Shown one piece after another: positions 28,751 to 37,916 of a stretch of 64,000 nucleotides of DNA. Source of the stretch: an uncultured bacterium (GTDB lineage: Bacteria > Planctomycetota > UBA1135 > GCA-002686595); the NCBI GenBank assembly GCA_943787795.1, contig CALSNU010000006.1, forward strand, positions 64,001 to 128,000, read 5' to 3'. The stretch's first letter is position 1, and each line of letters starts with the position of its first letter. The notes beneath the pieces were generated by a model, which did no database searches, was not told where the DNA came from, and saw nothing but the letters and a program-made list of their open reading frames with translations. Both the position numbers and the translations under genes were made by a program.

Positions 28751-29670
28751 GAGCGGTCCGACGCGCCCTTTCGGACGAGAACATCAGCCAGGAGGTTGAT
28801 CACGAAGGTCACGAGGAAGAGGAGGATCCCGAGGCTGAACAGGGCCTTGTAGTGGTCTGACCCCCTGGCCGTGTCGCCCAGCTCCGCGGCGATGGTGGCG
28901 GTGAGCGCTCTGGCCGAGTCAAACGGGCTGGTCGGGATGTTGATCGCGTGGCCCGATGCCATCAGGACCGCCATGGTCTCCCCGAAGCCGCGACCGACCC
29001 CGAGCAGGACGGCCGCGACCAGCCCCTTCGAGGCAGAGGGCAGGACCACCTGACGGATCACCTGCCAGCGGGTCGCGCCCATGGCTTCGGCGGCCTCGCG
29101 GTAGCTGTCAGGGACGGCCTTGAGGGCGTCCTCGGCGATGGTCGTCATGATCGGAGCTGCCATGAGCCCGAGGATGACCCCGGCGTTGAGCACCGTCAGG
29201 CCCACGGGCACGTTGAACAGGTCGATGATGATGGGGTTGAGGATGGTCAACCCGATGAAGCCCCAGACCACCGAAGGGATGGCCGCCAAGAGCTCCACCA
29301 GGACCTTCAGGGTCTCCCGCGTTCGACCCGTCGCGAACTCACCGATGTAGATGGCCACGCCGATGGAGAAGGGGACGGCGATGAGCATGGCGAGCCCTGT
29401 GACGCTCGCGGTGCCGGCGATCAGGGCCAGGCCGCCGAACTCGGCCTTCGGCTCCTGGTCGGGCCGCCACTCGGGTGAGGTGAAGAAGAAGCCCAGGTCG
29501 AGGTCTTGGAAGATGAACCCGAGGCCCTCCCGCGCCACGAAGGCGAAGATGGCGACCACGAAGACGATGGCCGAGATCCCTCCGACAAAGATCACGCCGC
29601 GCGCGATCCTGTCCCAGATCCACGCGGCGTCGATGCCGTCGTCGAGCCTGTCCGGCTGGGGGGAACTCAA
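28747..29670 (-). CDS. pstC: Phosphate ABC transporter permease PstC
   Basis: ELLAAIPSVVWG, EAAEAMGATRWQ, GRGFGETMAV; TTG start overlapping the phoU stop inferred. Confidence 0.92.
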   Translation of the reverse strand: MSSPQPDRLDDGIDAAWIWDRIARGVIFVGGISAIVFVVAIFAFVAREGLGFIFQDLDLGFFFTSPEWRPDQEPKAEFGGLALIAGTASVTGLAMLIAVPFSIGVAIYIGEFATGRTRETLKVLVELLAAIPSVVWGFIGLTILNPIIIDLFNVPVGLTVLNAGVILGLMAAPIMTTIAEDALKAVPDSYREAAEAMGATRWQVIRQVVLPSASKGLVAAVLLGVGRGFGETMAVLMASGHAINIPTSPFDSARALTATIAAELGDTARGSDHYKALFSLGILLFLVTFVINLLADVLVRKGASDRS

Positions 29671-30734
29671 TCGTCGTCCTCGCCCCTGAGGATCTCCATG
29701 AGGTCGCCGAGCTTGTGGACGAGCTGCTGGTAGACGGCCTCGGGGTTCTGGGGCTCCTCCATGGGCCAATTGAGCACCGTGGTATGGAAGGGGATCTTGC
29801 GCAGGTGCTTCCCGAGCCGGCCGCCGAGGTCCACCACGATGTCGTAGTCCGCGATGTGGCCCTTGACGTCGCTGAAGGAGACGGGGACGTCCATGCTGAG
29901 GTCGACCCCCAAGCCCTCCGCGTAGCTGACGAAGGCCTGATCGGGCTCTTCGATGGAGGACCAGCCGGCGTATCGGAAGGTGCCCGCGTCGGGGTAAGCC
30001 CTCCGGCAGTAGTTCGCCGCCAGCAGGCTCGCGCCGTCGCCGCGGCTGTCCACGAAGAGGAAGTCGAAGGTCTTCTCCTCCTTACGCTCGCCCGTCACCG
30101 CGAAGATGGTCTGCTCGCAGATGTTCTTGGCCTGGTGGAGGACCCGCTCCAGGCGGTTGCATATCGCTTCGAGGCTGAAGAGGTCCTCCATCGGGTGGTC
30201 CCGACTTTCGCCAGCGGCCACGAGGTGGGAGAAGACCTGGTCGAAGGTGTCGCCGAACTGGCCGACGCGATTCTTGGTGGCCCGGGCGTCAACGACGCTC
30301 GCCTGGTCGTACGCGGCAAGCGATTGCTGTAGCACCTCGGCGGCGTGCTCGCCGAGCATCTGAATGTCCCGCGCAACCTCGGCCGGGGGCGCCTGGGAGA
30401 GGTGTAGAGAGGCCCGGGCGATGGTCTGGGCGTAGTCACCGATCCGCTCCAGGGTCTTGCTCAGCCGCATTGCCGAGGACACGAATCTCAGGTGCCCGCC
30501 CGTCGGCAGGTGCTTGGCGATGAAGAGGTGGCAGCGGTGGTCCACCTCGCGGTCGAGCCGGTTGATCGGCATGTCGCCCAGCACCGTGGCCGTGGCGAGC
30601 TCGGAGTCATGCTGGAGCGTCGATCGGGTGGCGTTTCGCAGGGCGATGACCACGGCGCGACCCATCCTTCGGATGCGCTTGCGAACCGACTCGAGATCCC
30701 TCTCGAGGCGCGCTTCGTAGAGTCCTCTTGCCAT
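29667..30734 (-). CDS. phoU: PhoU fused to a C-terminal LMW-PTP/ArsC-like domain
   Basis: Two PhoU repeats (GDMPINRLDREVD...LERIGDYA; LERVLHQAKNICE), then ~130 aa starting FDFLFVDSRGDGASLLA. Confidence 0.85.
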   Translation of the reverse strand: MARGLYEARLERDLESVRKRIRRMGRAVVIALRNATRSTLQHDSELATATVLGDMPINRLDREVDHRCHLFIAKHLPTGGHLRFVSSAMRLSKTLERIGDYAQTIARASLHLSQAPPAEVARDIQMLGEHAAEVLQQSLAAYDQASVVDARATKNRVGQFGDTFDQVFSHLVAAGESRDHPMEDLFSLEAICNRLERVLHQAKNICEQTIFAVTGERKEEKTFDFLFVDSRGDGASLLAANYCRRAYPDAGTFRYAGWSSIEEPDQAFVSYAEGLGVDLSMDVPVSFSDVKGHIADYDIVVDLGGRLGKHLRKIPFHTTVLNWPMEEPQNPEAVYQQLVHKLGDLMEILRGEDDD

Positions 30735-30895
30735 GGCATTGACCAGGCGCCCGGTGTGGTGGGGCCAGTGGTGCGGGTGGGGGAGACGGGGCGAGAGGAG
30801 CGCCTCTTTTGAAGCGGTCCCGACCGCTCGGGTCGGGGCTCATCTCGGGAGCGGGCAGGAGTCTACGCGGGCCGATCACAGGTGGGAAGGGGGCG

Positions 30896-30956
30896 CAGAA
30901 AGCCCGGCCCGCTGCCCCTGCCGTCCGGTGGGGACGCCTGGGTCAGCGGGCCGGGC
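30896..30956 (-). terminator. Stem-loop after pstS (partial terminator or mRNA stabiliser)
   Basis: GCCCGGCCCGCTG (30902-30914) pairs with CAGCGGGCCGGGC (30944-30956), followed on the minus strand by a short T-rich run. Confidence 0.55.
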
Positions 30957-30965
30957 CTGGGCGAC

Positions 30966-31844
30966 TCAGTCCATGCTGACAGGCGCGTAACCCTTCTTCC
31001 GGATGATCCCCTGGCCCGTGGGGGAGAGGATCCAGTCCATGTACTCCTTGACCGCGCCGGTGGGCTCGCCGTTGGTGTACATCATCAGCGGGCGGGCAAT
31101 GGCGTAGGTGCCGTCCACGGCCGTCTCGACGGACGGCGTCACGGGGTCCTTGCCGCCCATGGAGACGGGGACCAGCTTCACGTGCTCGTTGGCGTACGCG
31201 AGGCCGGAGTAACCGATGGCGCCCGGGGTCTTCTCGACGAGCTCGACCACGTCCTTGGACCCGTGGAGGTCGAGGGATCCCAGCTTGTACTTGCCCTGTT
31301 TGCCAAGCACCGTGTTGCGGAAGTAGACGTAGGTGCCGGAGTTGTTCTGGCGGCTGACCCGGACGATCTCGTCGTTGTCGCCCATGTCGACGCCGAGGTC
31401 ACTCCACTTCGTCGCCTCGCCGTCATCGCCGTAGATGTCGGCCAGCTGCTCGATGGTGATGGACTCGATGGGGTTGTCCTTGTGGACATACACGGCGAGG
31501 GCATCGAAGCCGACGATGTGCTCCACGGGCTCGATGCCGGACTTGCGGGCCATGTCAAACTCGCTGGCCTTCATCTTGCGACTGGCATTTGCGATATCGA
31601 CGGTGCCGTTGATCATCGCGTTGATTCCGGTGCCCGAGCCACCGCCGGTCACGGTGACCACCGCACCACCCGCGACCTTGCTGTACTCTTCCGCCCAGGC
31701 TTGGGCCACGTTGACCAGCGTGTCGGAACCCTTGTTCTTGATGGAGGTCCGGGATGTACCGTCAACGGTACCGCCGCAAGAGCCAAGGGTGAGGGTGAGG
31801 GTGGCGAGTGAGAAGGCGGCGGTGAGGAAGAGTGCGCGTTTCAT
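30966..31844 (-). CDS. pstS: Phosphate-binding lipoprotein PstS
   Basis: Lipobox LGS-C; KGSDT, GGGSGTGI, DIANASR, SRQNNSGT, YAIARPL. Confidence 0.92.
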   Translation of the reverse strand: MKRALFLTAAFSLATLTLTLGSCGGTVDGTSRTSIKNKGSDTLVNVAQAWAEEYSKVAGGAVVTVTGGGSGTGINAMINGTVDIANASRKMKASEFDMARKSGIEPVEHIVGFDALAVYVHKDNPIESITIEQLADIYGDDGEATKWSDLGVDMGDNDEIVRVSRQNNSGTYVYFRNTVLGKQGKYKLGSLDLHGSKDVVELVEKTPGAIGYSGLAYANEHVKLVPVSMGGKDPVTPSVETAVDGTYAIARPLMMYTNGEPTGAVKEYMDWILSPTGQGIIRKKGYAPVSMD

Positions 31845-31983
31845 GGGTAGGACTGGCTGGGGGCCCGGTTGGGCGGTGTGGTGCGGGGTGAAATATCCCA
31901 TGGGTGAAGAGCTGACCTCTTCGTCCCAGGCCCCGGGAGGGTTGTCCTGGGCTCGGGGCCCAGGCGCTGATCATGTCACCGTC

Positions 31984-32027
31984 GGAGTGTGAAGATTTGA
32001 TGAAGTCGGCTGGAAGAGGCCGTGAAG
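31984..32027 (-). promoter_or_regulatory. Pho-box-like array of four 11-bp-phased direct repeats upstream of pstS
   Basis: Minus strand: CTTCACGGCCT CTTCCAGCCGA CTTCATCAAAT CTTCACACTCC. Confidence 0.65.
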
Positions 32028-32073
32028 GTCAACCGAGGCCAGCCGTGGGTCCCCTGGTTGACCCTAGCGGGCA

Positions 32074-33438
32074 TCAGAAGTCGAAGCGCATCCGCATGCC
32101 GACGACCTGGTAGTCCCCGTCGCTGTAGATGGTCCCTGCGACGTCCTCGTTTCGATCGGAGATCTCGCCCCGAATGTAGTTGAGCTGGAGGCTCGAGTTG
32201 GCGTTCCAGTACCAGTTGAGGGCGAGGGTGAAGGACTCGCCCAGGCCGCCCGCGATGTCCTTGTCGGAGAAGTCAGCGTAGGAGTAGCGCGCGGCAACCT
32301 GCCACGCCCCCCAGCCGGCGCCGGGCGCGAAGTTGGTGTTGGGCCGCTGCCTGGCGATGGTGCCGGACTTGCGGGACCAGGGCATGTACTCGCCGGTCAG
32401 GAAGTAGGCGGCCTGGATGTACCCGCCGTTGAACTGGACGTCATCGGCGGTGTCGCGCGAGAGCCACGTGTTCATGTACTCGGCGACGATCTGGGTCGGG
32501 CCGGTGTTCCAGACGCCCTCCAGTCCGACCAGCTGATAGTCCTCCACGCCGTCGATGCGGCCCGTGTCGAGCCAGCGTGACTGGGAGCGGGCCTCGGGGC
32601 GGGTCCGAAAGCGGCCCTCGTTGGATGCTCCGCCGAGGGCCGGGTCCCCGTCAGGGAAGGCGAGCGTGCCGCTCACTGCCCAGTGGGCGTACTTGCGTCC
32701 GCCGTCCTCCCAGATCGCGGTGTTCGCGATGCGGCCGGCGATCTCGGGCTGGATCCGGTCGCCGACGTACTCGCCGTCCTTGGACCAGTCCTTCATGTTG
32801 TAGACGCCGTAGCGCCAGTTCCAGGCCTTCTCTTCGCTGAGCCCGTAGGCCGCGATGCCGAGGCGTCGGGCGTCCTGGTTGACCGCCTCGATCATGAAGG
32901 GGCGCTCAATGAAGACGTTGAAGCGACTCGAGTTCAGGTGATCCAGGCCATACGGTCGCTTCTGGTTCCCGATCAGGACTCGCTGGCCGTTGGGCAGGCC
33001 CTTGAAGCCGAAGTAGAGGTCCTTGAAGGCGAGACCGTTGGGGTGACCGAAGTCGAGCTCGATCTTGTAGAGCATCGACTCGTCGACATCGCCGGAGACG
33101 CCGAGGCGTGCGCGACGGAACTCGATGTTGTTCTGCGGGTCCTCATTGGGGTCGCCGCTCTCGAAGACGTTGATCGCCGCGTCCGAATCTGCGAAGTCCC
33201 AGTAATCGAGGTGGATTCGCCCGAAGACCTTCATGCTCGATCGGTCGCTGCCCAGGGTGGGGGTGACCTCGAGTCGCTCGCTCAGGGCGTCGATCTGGGC
33301 CTGGAGGTCGGCGAGCGTGTCGAGCGCCTCGGGCGACTCCTCGGTGACCTGCCCGTTGGGCTGATCTTGAGGGAGCGCGGTCCCGGAGAGCGCCACCGCG
33401 GCGGGGGCGACGAGGAGCAGAGCGTTGCAGATTCGCAT
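32074..33438 (-). CDS. Phosphate-selective porin (OprO/OprP family)
   Basis: Signal peptide, coiled-coil linker, FGRIHLD, EFRRARL, FIERP, RFRTRPE, YFLTGE, AWQVAARYS, terminal Phe. Confidence 0.88.
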   Translation of the reverse strand: MRICNALLLVAPAAVALSGTALPQDQPNGQVTEESPEALDTLADLQAQIDALSERLEVTPTLGSDRSSMKVFGRIHLDYWDFADSDAAINVFESGDPNEDPQNNIEFRRARLGVSGDVDESMLYKIELDFGHPNGLAFKDLYFGFKGLPNGQRVLIGNQKRPYGLDHLNSSRFNVFIERPFMIEAVNQDARRLGIAAYGLSEEKAWNWRYGVYNMKDWSKDGEYVGDRIQPEIAGRIANTAIWEDGGRKYAHWAVSGTLAFPDGDPALGGASNEGRFRTRPEARSQSRWLDTGRIDGVEDYQLVGLEGVWNTGPTQIVAEYMNTWLSRDTADDVQFNGGYIQAAYFLTGEYMPWSRKSGTIARQRPNTNFAPGAGWGAWQVAARYSYADFSDKDIAGGLGESFTLALNWYWNANSSLQLNYIRGEISDRNEDVAGTIYSDGDYQVVGMRMRFDF

Positions 33439-33514
33439 GGTCGATTGGCGGCTAGAGGGGGGGGTGGGGTCGTTGTGCGGTGGAGCTCGCTGCGGGGGTC
33501 CGCTCCTGTGTTCG

Positions 33515-33575
33515 GTGAGGATTTAGTTGAAGTCGCTGCAAGGTGGCGACAATGCGGGGTTAAGAGGACATCAAG
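33515..33575 (-). promoter_or_regulatory. Weaker ~11-bp-phased array upstream of the porin gene
   Basis: Minus-strand hexamers CTTGAT, CTTAAC, ATTGTC, CTTGCA at 11-bp spacing, then CTTCAA and CCTCAC at 10 and 12 bp. Confidence 0.4.
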
Positions 33576-33758
33576 ATCGGCGGCGCATGCTGCGCCGCGA
33601 ATCGGGCAGGGCGCCGCGGGCGCGTGGCAGATCAGGCCAGGGTGGCAGGGCAATGAGTGGGGTCCGGCCTCTCGGGGAGCGCCCCTGACGGGGCACGCCT
33701 GCAGCGGTTATGGCCAGCGGGCTTCGCCAGGGAGGGGGCTGGACCTACCCTCTGCATC

Positions 33759-36032
33759 GTGAAGAACGGCAAAAAGCGACGGCAGCTGAGTTTCTCCAAG
33801 CGCGTGCTCCTGGGGCTGGCTCTGGGCGTGGCGGCGGGGCTCTTCCTCGGGGACCTCGCGGCACCGGGCAAGTGGGTCGGAGACGCCTACGTCGGGCTGC
33901 TGCAGATGACGGTGTTGCCCTATGTGGTGGTCTCGCTCGTAGCCAACATCGCGAAGCTCTCCAGCGCCGGCGGACGTCGGTTGCTTCGCTGCGCAAGCGG
34001 CTCGCTGGGCCTCCTCTGGATGACAGGGCTCTTGGCCCTTCCGGTGCTCGCGCTCGCCTTTCCGGCGTGGGAGATGGGCTCCTTCTACAGCTCCAGCTCG
34101 TTGGAGCGCCCGCCGGCTCAGGATTATCAGCAGCTCTACATCCCCAGCAATCCCTTCGCTGCGCTGGCGGGAGGGCTGATCCCCGCGGTGGCGCTCTTCT
34201 GCATCCTGGCGGGCGCGGTGAGCATCAATCTTCCGGGCAAGGAGCGGCTCATCGAACTGCTCGACCTGCTGGCGGAGCTGCTCACGAGGCTCAACCGGTG
34301 GGTGGTGCAGCTGACGCCTCTGGGGGTCTTCGGGATCGCCGCTCAGGCCGCAGGCACCCTCACGCTCGGCCAGCTGTCCCTCCTCCAGGGATACCTCATC
34401 ACGATCGTGTTGGGGGTGGGTCTGCTCGCCTTCGGGGCCCTCCCTCTGATCGCGTCGGCCCTGACGCCCCTGCGGTATCGCGAGGTCATGGCGGCGGCCA
34501 AGGAGCCGCTCCTGACGGCCTTCGTGACCGGGAGCACCTTCGTGACCCTGCCGATGATCGTCGCCGGCGTGGAGAAGCTCCTCGAGAGCCGGAAGGTCGA
34601 AGGTGGGGTCGAGCCCTCGGCGCTCGTGGCGCTGGCGTATCCGTTCCCGCACCTGGGCAAGATCCTGAGCCTGCTCTTCGTCCCCTTCGCTGCCTGGTTC
34701 TACGGCTCACCCATGGCGTCAGGGGACTACCCGGAGTTTCTGGCGTCGGGGCTCCTGGGCTCCTTCGGGAGCCTCGTGGTGACGATCCCGATGCTCCTGG
34801 AGCAGCAGCAGCTCCCCGCGGACGTCTTCCAGCTCTTCCTCCTCTCCGGCGTCGTGGCCGCGCGGACCTGCGATGTGCTGGGGACCATGGGGATCCTGGT
34901 CTTCTCGGTGCTCGCCTCGGTGTGGATGGCGGGCGGCCTGAAGCTCCGTCCGCGGCGCCTCGCCGGAGGGGCCCTGGGCCTCGCGGTTGTCGGCGCCCTG
35001 CTGGTGGGCGGGACGCGCGCGCACCTCGCGAGGGGGTTCATCGAGACCCATGGCAAGCAGGACCTGTTGGCGACCATGGTCTCCGCGGAGCCCGCCACCG
35101 GCATGGCCATCTATCTTGGGAGCGCGCAGCCCAACCCCGAGCCGCTGAGGCCCGGGGAGTCGCGGCTGGACCGGATCCGTCGACGCGGCACTCTCCGGGT
35201 CGGGGTCGCCATGGACCACCTGCCGTTCTCCTTTCTCAACCGGGACGGGGACCTCGTCGGGCTGGACGTGGATATGGCCCATCGACTGGCCCTGGACCTG
35301 GGCACAGCAGAGGGGCGGCTTGGGCGGCGAGGCGCTGCGGACTCGACTCCAGGGAGCGAGAGTGATGGGGGCATGGATTCCGTTGGCGGGGCGGCCGGCG
35401 GGCTCACCCTTGAGCTGGTTCCGCTGGACCTCTCCCGGCTCCGGGAGCAGGCGGAGGCGGACACCTTTGACGTGGCGATGTCGGGAATCGAGCTCACCCT
35501 GCGGCGCTCCGAGCGCGTCGACCTCACCGTGCCCTACCTGACCGTGACCGCCGCGCTGGTGGTCGAGGATCACCGCCGGGCGGAGTTCTCGAGCCTCGAG
35601 AAGATCGCGGCCATGGAGGGCCTGCGGGTGGCGGTCTGGCGAGGCGGGTACGCCTCGGAGCGCGTGGCGCAGCGGCTCGTTCACGTCGAGGGGATCGAGC
35701 TGGTGGAGCTCGATCGCCTGGGCGACTTCTTCGAGTCGGACGGCGCCTACGACATGCTCGTGACCAGCGCAGAGGTGGGCTCCGCGTGGACGCTTCGCTA
35801 TCCCCAGTACGCGGTGGTTCAGGCGCTCAAGGAGCGTACGGGGGTCCCCCTCGTCTACGCGATCCCTGGACGTGACCCGGAGCTTCGTCAGTTCCTGAAC
35901 CACTGGATCGAGCTCCGCACCGCCTCGGGCACCGTGGACCGGCTCCGCCGCTACTGGATCCTCGGCGAAGGAGCCGAGCCGTCTGCTCCTCGCTGGAGCA
36001 TCGTTCGCGACGTCTTGGGCTGGGTGAAGTAA
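33759..36032 (+). CDS. Dicarboxylate/amino acid:cation symporter fused to a C-terminal substrate-binding domain
   Basis: LLQMTVLPYVVVSL, IPSNPFAAL, PLGVFGIAA, AFVTGSTF; then RIRRRGTLRVG, PFSFLNRDGDLVGLDVD, RYWILG. GTG start inferred. Confidence 0.85.
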   Translation: MKNGKKRRQLSFSKRVLLGLALGVAAGLFLGDLAAPGKWVGDAYVGLLQMTVLPYVVVSLVANIAKLSSAGGRRLLRCASGSLGLLWMTGLLALPVLALAFPAWEMGSFYSSSSLERPPAQDYQQLYIPSNPFAALAGGLIPAVALFCILAGAVSINLPGKERLIELLDLLAELLTRLNRWVVQLTPLGVFGIAAQAAGTLTLGQLSLLQGYLITIVLGVGLLAFGALPLIASALTPLRYREVMAAAKEPLLTAFVTGSTFVTLPMIVAGVEKLLESRKVEGGVEPSALVALAYPFPHLGKILSLLFVPFAAWFYGSPMASGDYPEFLASGLLGSFGSLVVTIPMLLEQQQLPADVFQLFLLSGVVAARTCDVLGTMGILVFSVLASVWMAGGLKLRPRRLAGGALGLAVVGALLVGGTRAHLARGFIETHGKQDLLATMVSAEPATGMAIYLGSAQPNPEPLRPGESRLDRIRRRGTLRVGVAMDHLPFSFLNRDGDLVGLDVDMAHRLALDLGTAEGRLGRRGAADSTPGSESDGGMDSVGGAAGGLTLELVPLDLSRLREQAEADTFDVAMSGIELTLRRSERVDLTVPYLTVTAALVVEDHRRAEFSSLEKIAAMEGLRVAVWRGGYASERVAQRLVHVEGIELVELDRLGDFFESDGAYDMLVTSAEVGSAWTLRYPQYAVVQALKERTGVPLVYAIPGRDPELRQFLNHWIELRTASGTVDRLRRYWILGEGAEPSAPRWSIVRDVLGWVK

Positions 36033-36060
36033 GCCGGCCCCGTGCGCCGACCCGCTTTGG

Positions 36061-37761
36061 TCACTGGAGCTGGACGCGGAGGTCAAATCCGTCGCGCACT
36101 CGACGGAGGGTGGACACCATGTAGGTGTCGTACAGGCCCTCCATGCCCTCCGGCAGCTTCACGCCGCGCTCCTCCTCACGGATGAGCTCGCGCAGCATTC
36201 CCAGGCGGAACGCTGAGACCGCAGCGGCTCCTTGTTGACTGTCGAAGATGGCCTGCAGCTTCGTGCCGGAGAGCAGCGAGCGCGCGGTCTCACCCCCGAA
36301 GGTGGCAAGAGAGGCGTCCATGACCCGGCGGGTCACCGTCGCCAGAAAGTGGTTGGCCCCGAACGCGAGGCCCCCGTCATAGGGCTCGACGCCCTTGAGG
36401 CGCATCTCCTCGAAGCCCCGCGTGTCGGCGCCGAAGTCCAGGTCCATGCGGACGGCGCCGAGCATGGCGTCGACCACCTCCATGATGGCGTCGGCGTCCT
36501 TGACCTTCGCGAAGAGCCCCATGTGGAGGAAGACGCCGAGGAGGTCGTCCTGCACGTCCGCCGGACTGAGGGCGTCCATGGGAGGCATGAAGAACATGCC
36601 GAAGACGCCGGTGAACTGCCCGAAGAACTCCTGCTCGAGCTCGCTCCCGGCGAGCGCGCTGCCCGCGGCGACCACCTGGTCGATCTGGTCCGCACCGCGC
36701 TCCTGGTCGTCCTCCCTGAGCGCCTTGAGGATCAGCGCATAGCAGCCGTTGAAGTCCCAGTTCATGCAGTGGAGCCCGGTCACCTCGGCCGGGATCCTCC
36801 CCAGGAGATCCGGGGGGAGCGGGCGCATGCTGTCCGCGAGGCGCGCCAGCAGGGACCCCGGAGTGATCTGAAGGTGGAGGCGGATGTCGATGTCCATCCC
36901 CGCCGGCAGGGCAAAGGTGCCGTAGAGGTAGGCGTTCTCGTCGAGCCCGATCAGGCGTGAGGGGTCGATCGACATTCCCTCGCCCGCGGCCCTGAGCGCC
37001 TCCGCGGCCTCTTCCCGGAAGAACGTCAGGTCCGTGAAGGCCTCCATCTGCCCCGCGGGGCCGTGCAGGGCCCTCGCGCTGCGGAGCTTGCTGGCGAGCG
37101 GGGCGATGTCGGCTTGCGGCGCGCCGCCGCAGAGCGCCATGGTCCAGGCCCGAACGCTGGCCTTGTCTCCGTAGATGGCTGCGAGGATTCGCGGCCCGCT
37201 GATCATCACCCTGACCGGGTCCGAGCTGGCGCCCGCCACCTCGATGGCCTCTCGTCCACGCGGGCCCGAGGCCGGCTCGAGGTCAAGCGGCACGGAGCTC
37301 TCCACCTCGCAGCCGCCAAGCTGCTGGAGGGTCATCCCCTCGCCGGCGGGCGGTGTGCTGGTGAACTGCCGCAGGGCGGCCATCAGGGGGACGCGGTCGC
37401 CCCTGGGCTCGACCATGAAGCCAACCCCCTGCTTGGCTTTGAAGAACACCGCCTCGCCAGCGAGCACCTGGCCAAGGTTGATCATGTCGTCGAAGTCCTC
37501 CACCGACATGCTCCGGAGCTGGTGGTAGAGGGGCTCTCCAGCTTCGGTTCCGAGGAGCCGGTACACATCGTTGCGCTGGATCTGCTCGAGGACGACCGTG
37601 GCGTCCTGCAGGTGGAGCACGGTGTGGGCTTCAGCGGGGACCTGGTCCAGGAGCTTCGACTGGGCGGCGCCGGGAGCCTGGGCCACGAGGGCGAGGGCGG
37701 CGACGAGGGAGGGAGCGATGCGGCGGGTGCGGGGGCCAGCGGAGAGGATGCGTTGAATCAT
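36061..37761 (-). CDS. Exported hypothetical protein
   Basis: 566-aa ORF with signal peptide (ALALVAQAPGAA-Q) followed by LLDQVPAEA; typical codon bias; no family recognised with confidence. Confidence 0.7.
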   Translation of the reverse strand: MIQRILSAGPRTRRIAPSLVAALALVAQAPGAAQSKLLDQVPAEAHTVLHLQDATVVLEQIQRNDVYRLLGTEAGEPLYHQLRSMSVEDFDDMINLGQVLAGEAVFFKAKQGVGFMVEPRGDRVPLMAALRQFTSTPPAGEGMTLQQLGGCEVESSVPLDLEPASGPRGREAIEVAGASSDPVRVMISGPRILAAIYGDKASVRAWTMALCGGAPQADIAPLASKLRSARALHGPAGQMEAFTDLTFFREEAAEALRAAGEGMSIDPSRLIGLDENAYLYGTFALPAGMDIDIRLHLQITPGSLLARLADSMRPLPPDLLGRIPAEVTGLHCMNWDFNGCYALILKALREDDQERGADQIDQVVAAGSALAGSELEQEFFGQFTGVFGMFFMPPMDALSPADVQDDLLGVFLHMGLFAKVKDADAIMEVVDAMLGAVRMDLDFGADTRGFEEMRLKGVEPYDGGLAFGANHFLATVTRRVMDASLATFGGETARSLLSGTKLQAIFDSQQGAAAVSAFRLGMLRELIREEERGVKLPEGMEGLYDTYMVSTLRRVRDGFDLRVQLQ

Positions 37762-37916
37762 GGCTAGGGCAGGCTGTGCGGGTGCCAGGAGCGGGGGTGC
37801 TCGGGTGAGCGTGGCGTGGACACCGTCGTCTCGCCCCAGCCTACGGAGGGGCTACGGAGGCTGTCTTGCGTTGCGGCGATGCGGTCCGATTCGCCGGACT
37901 AATCGAAGCTCACTCG

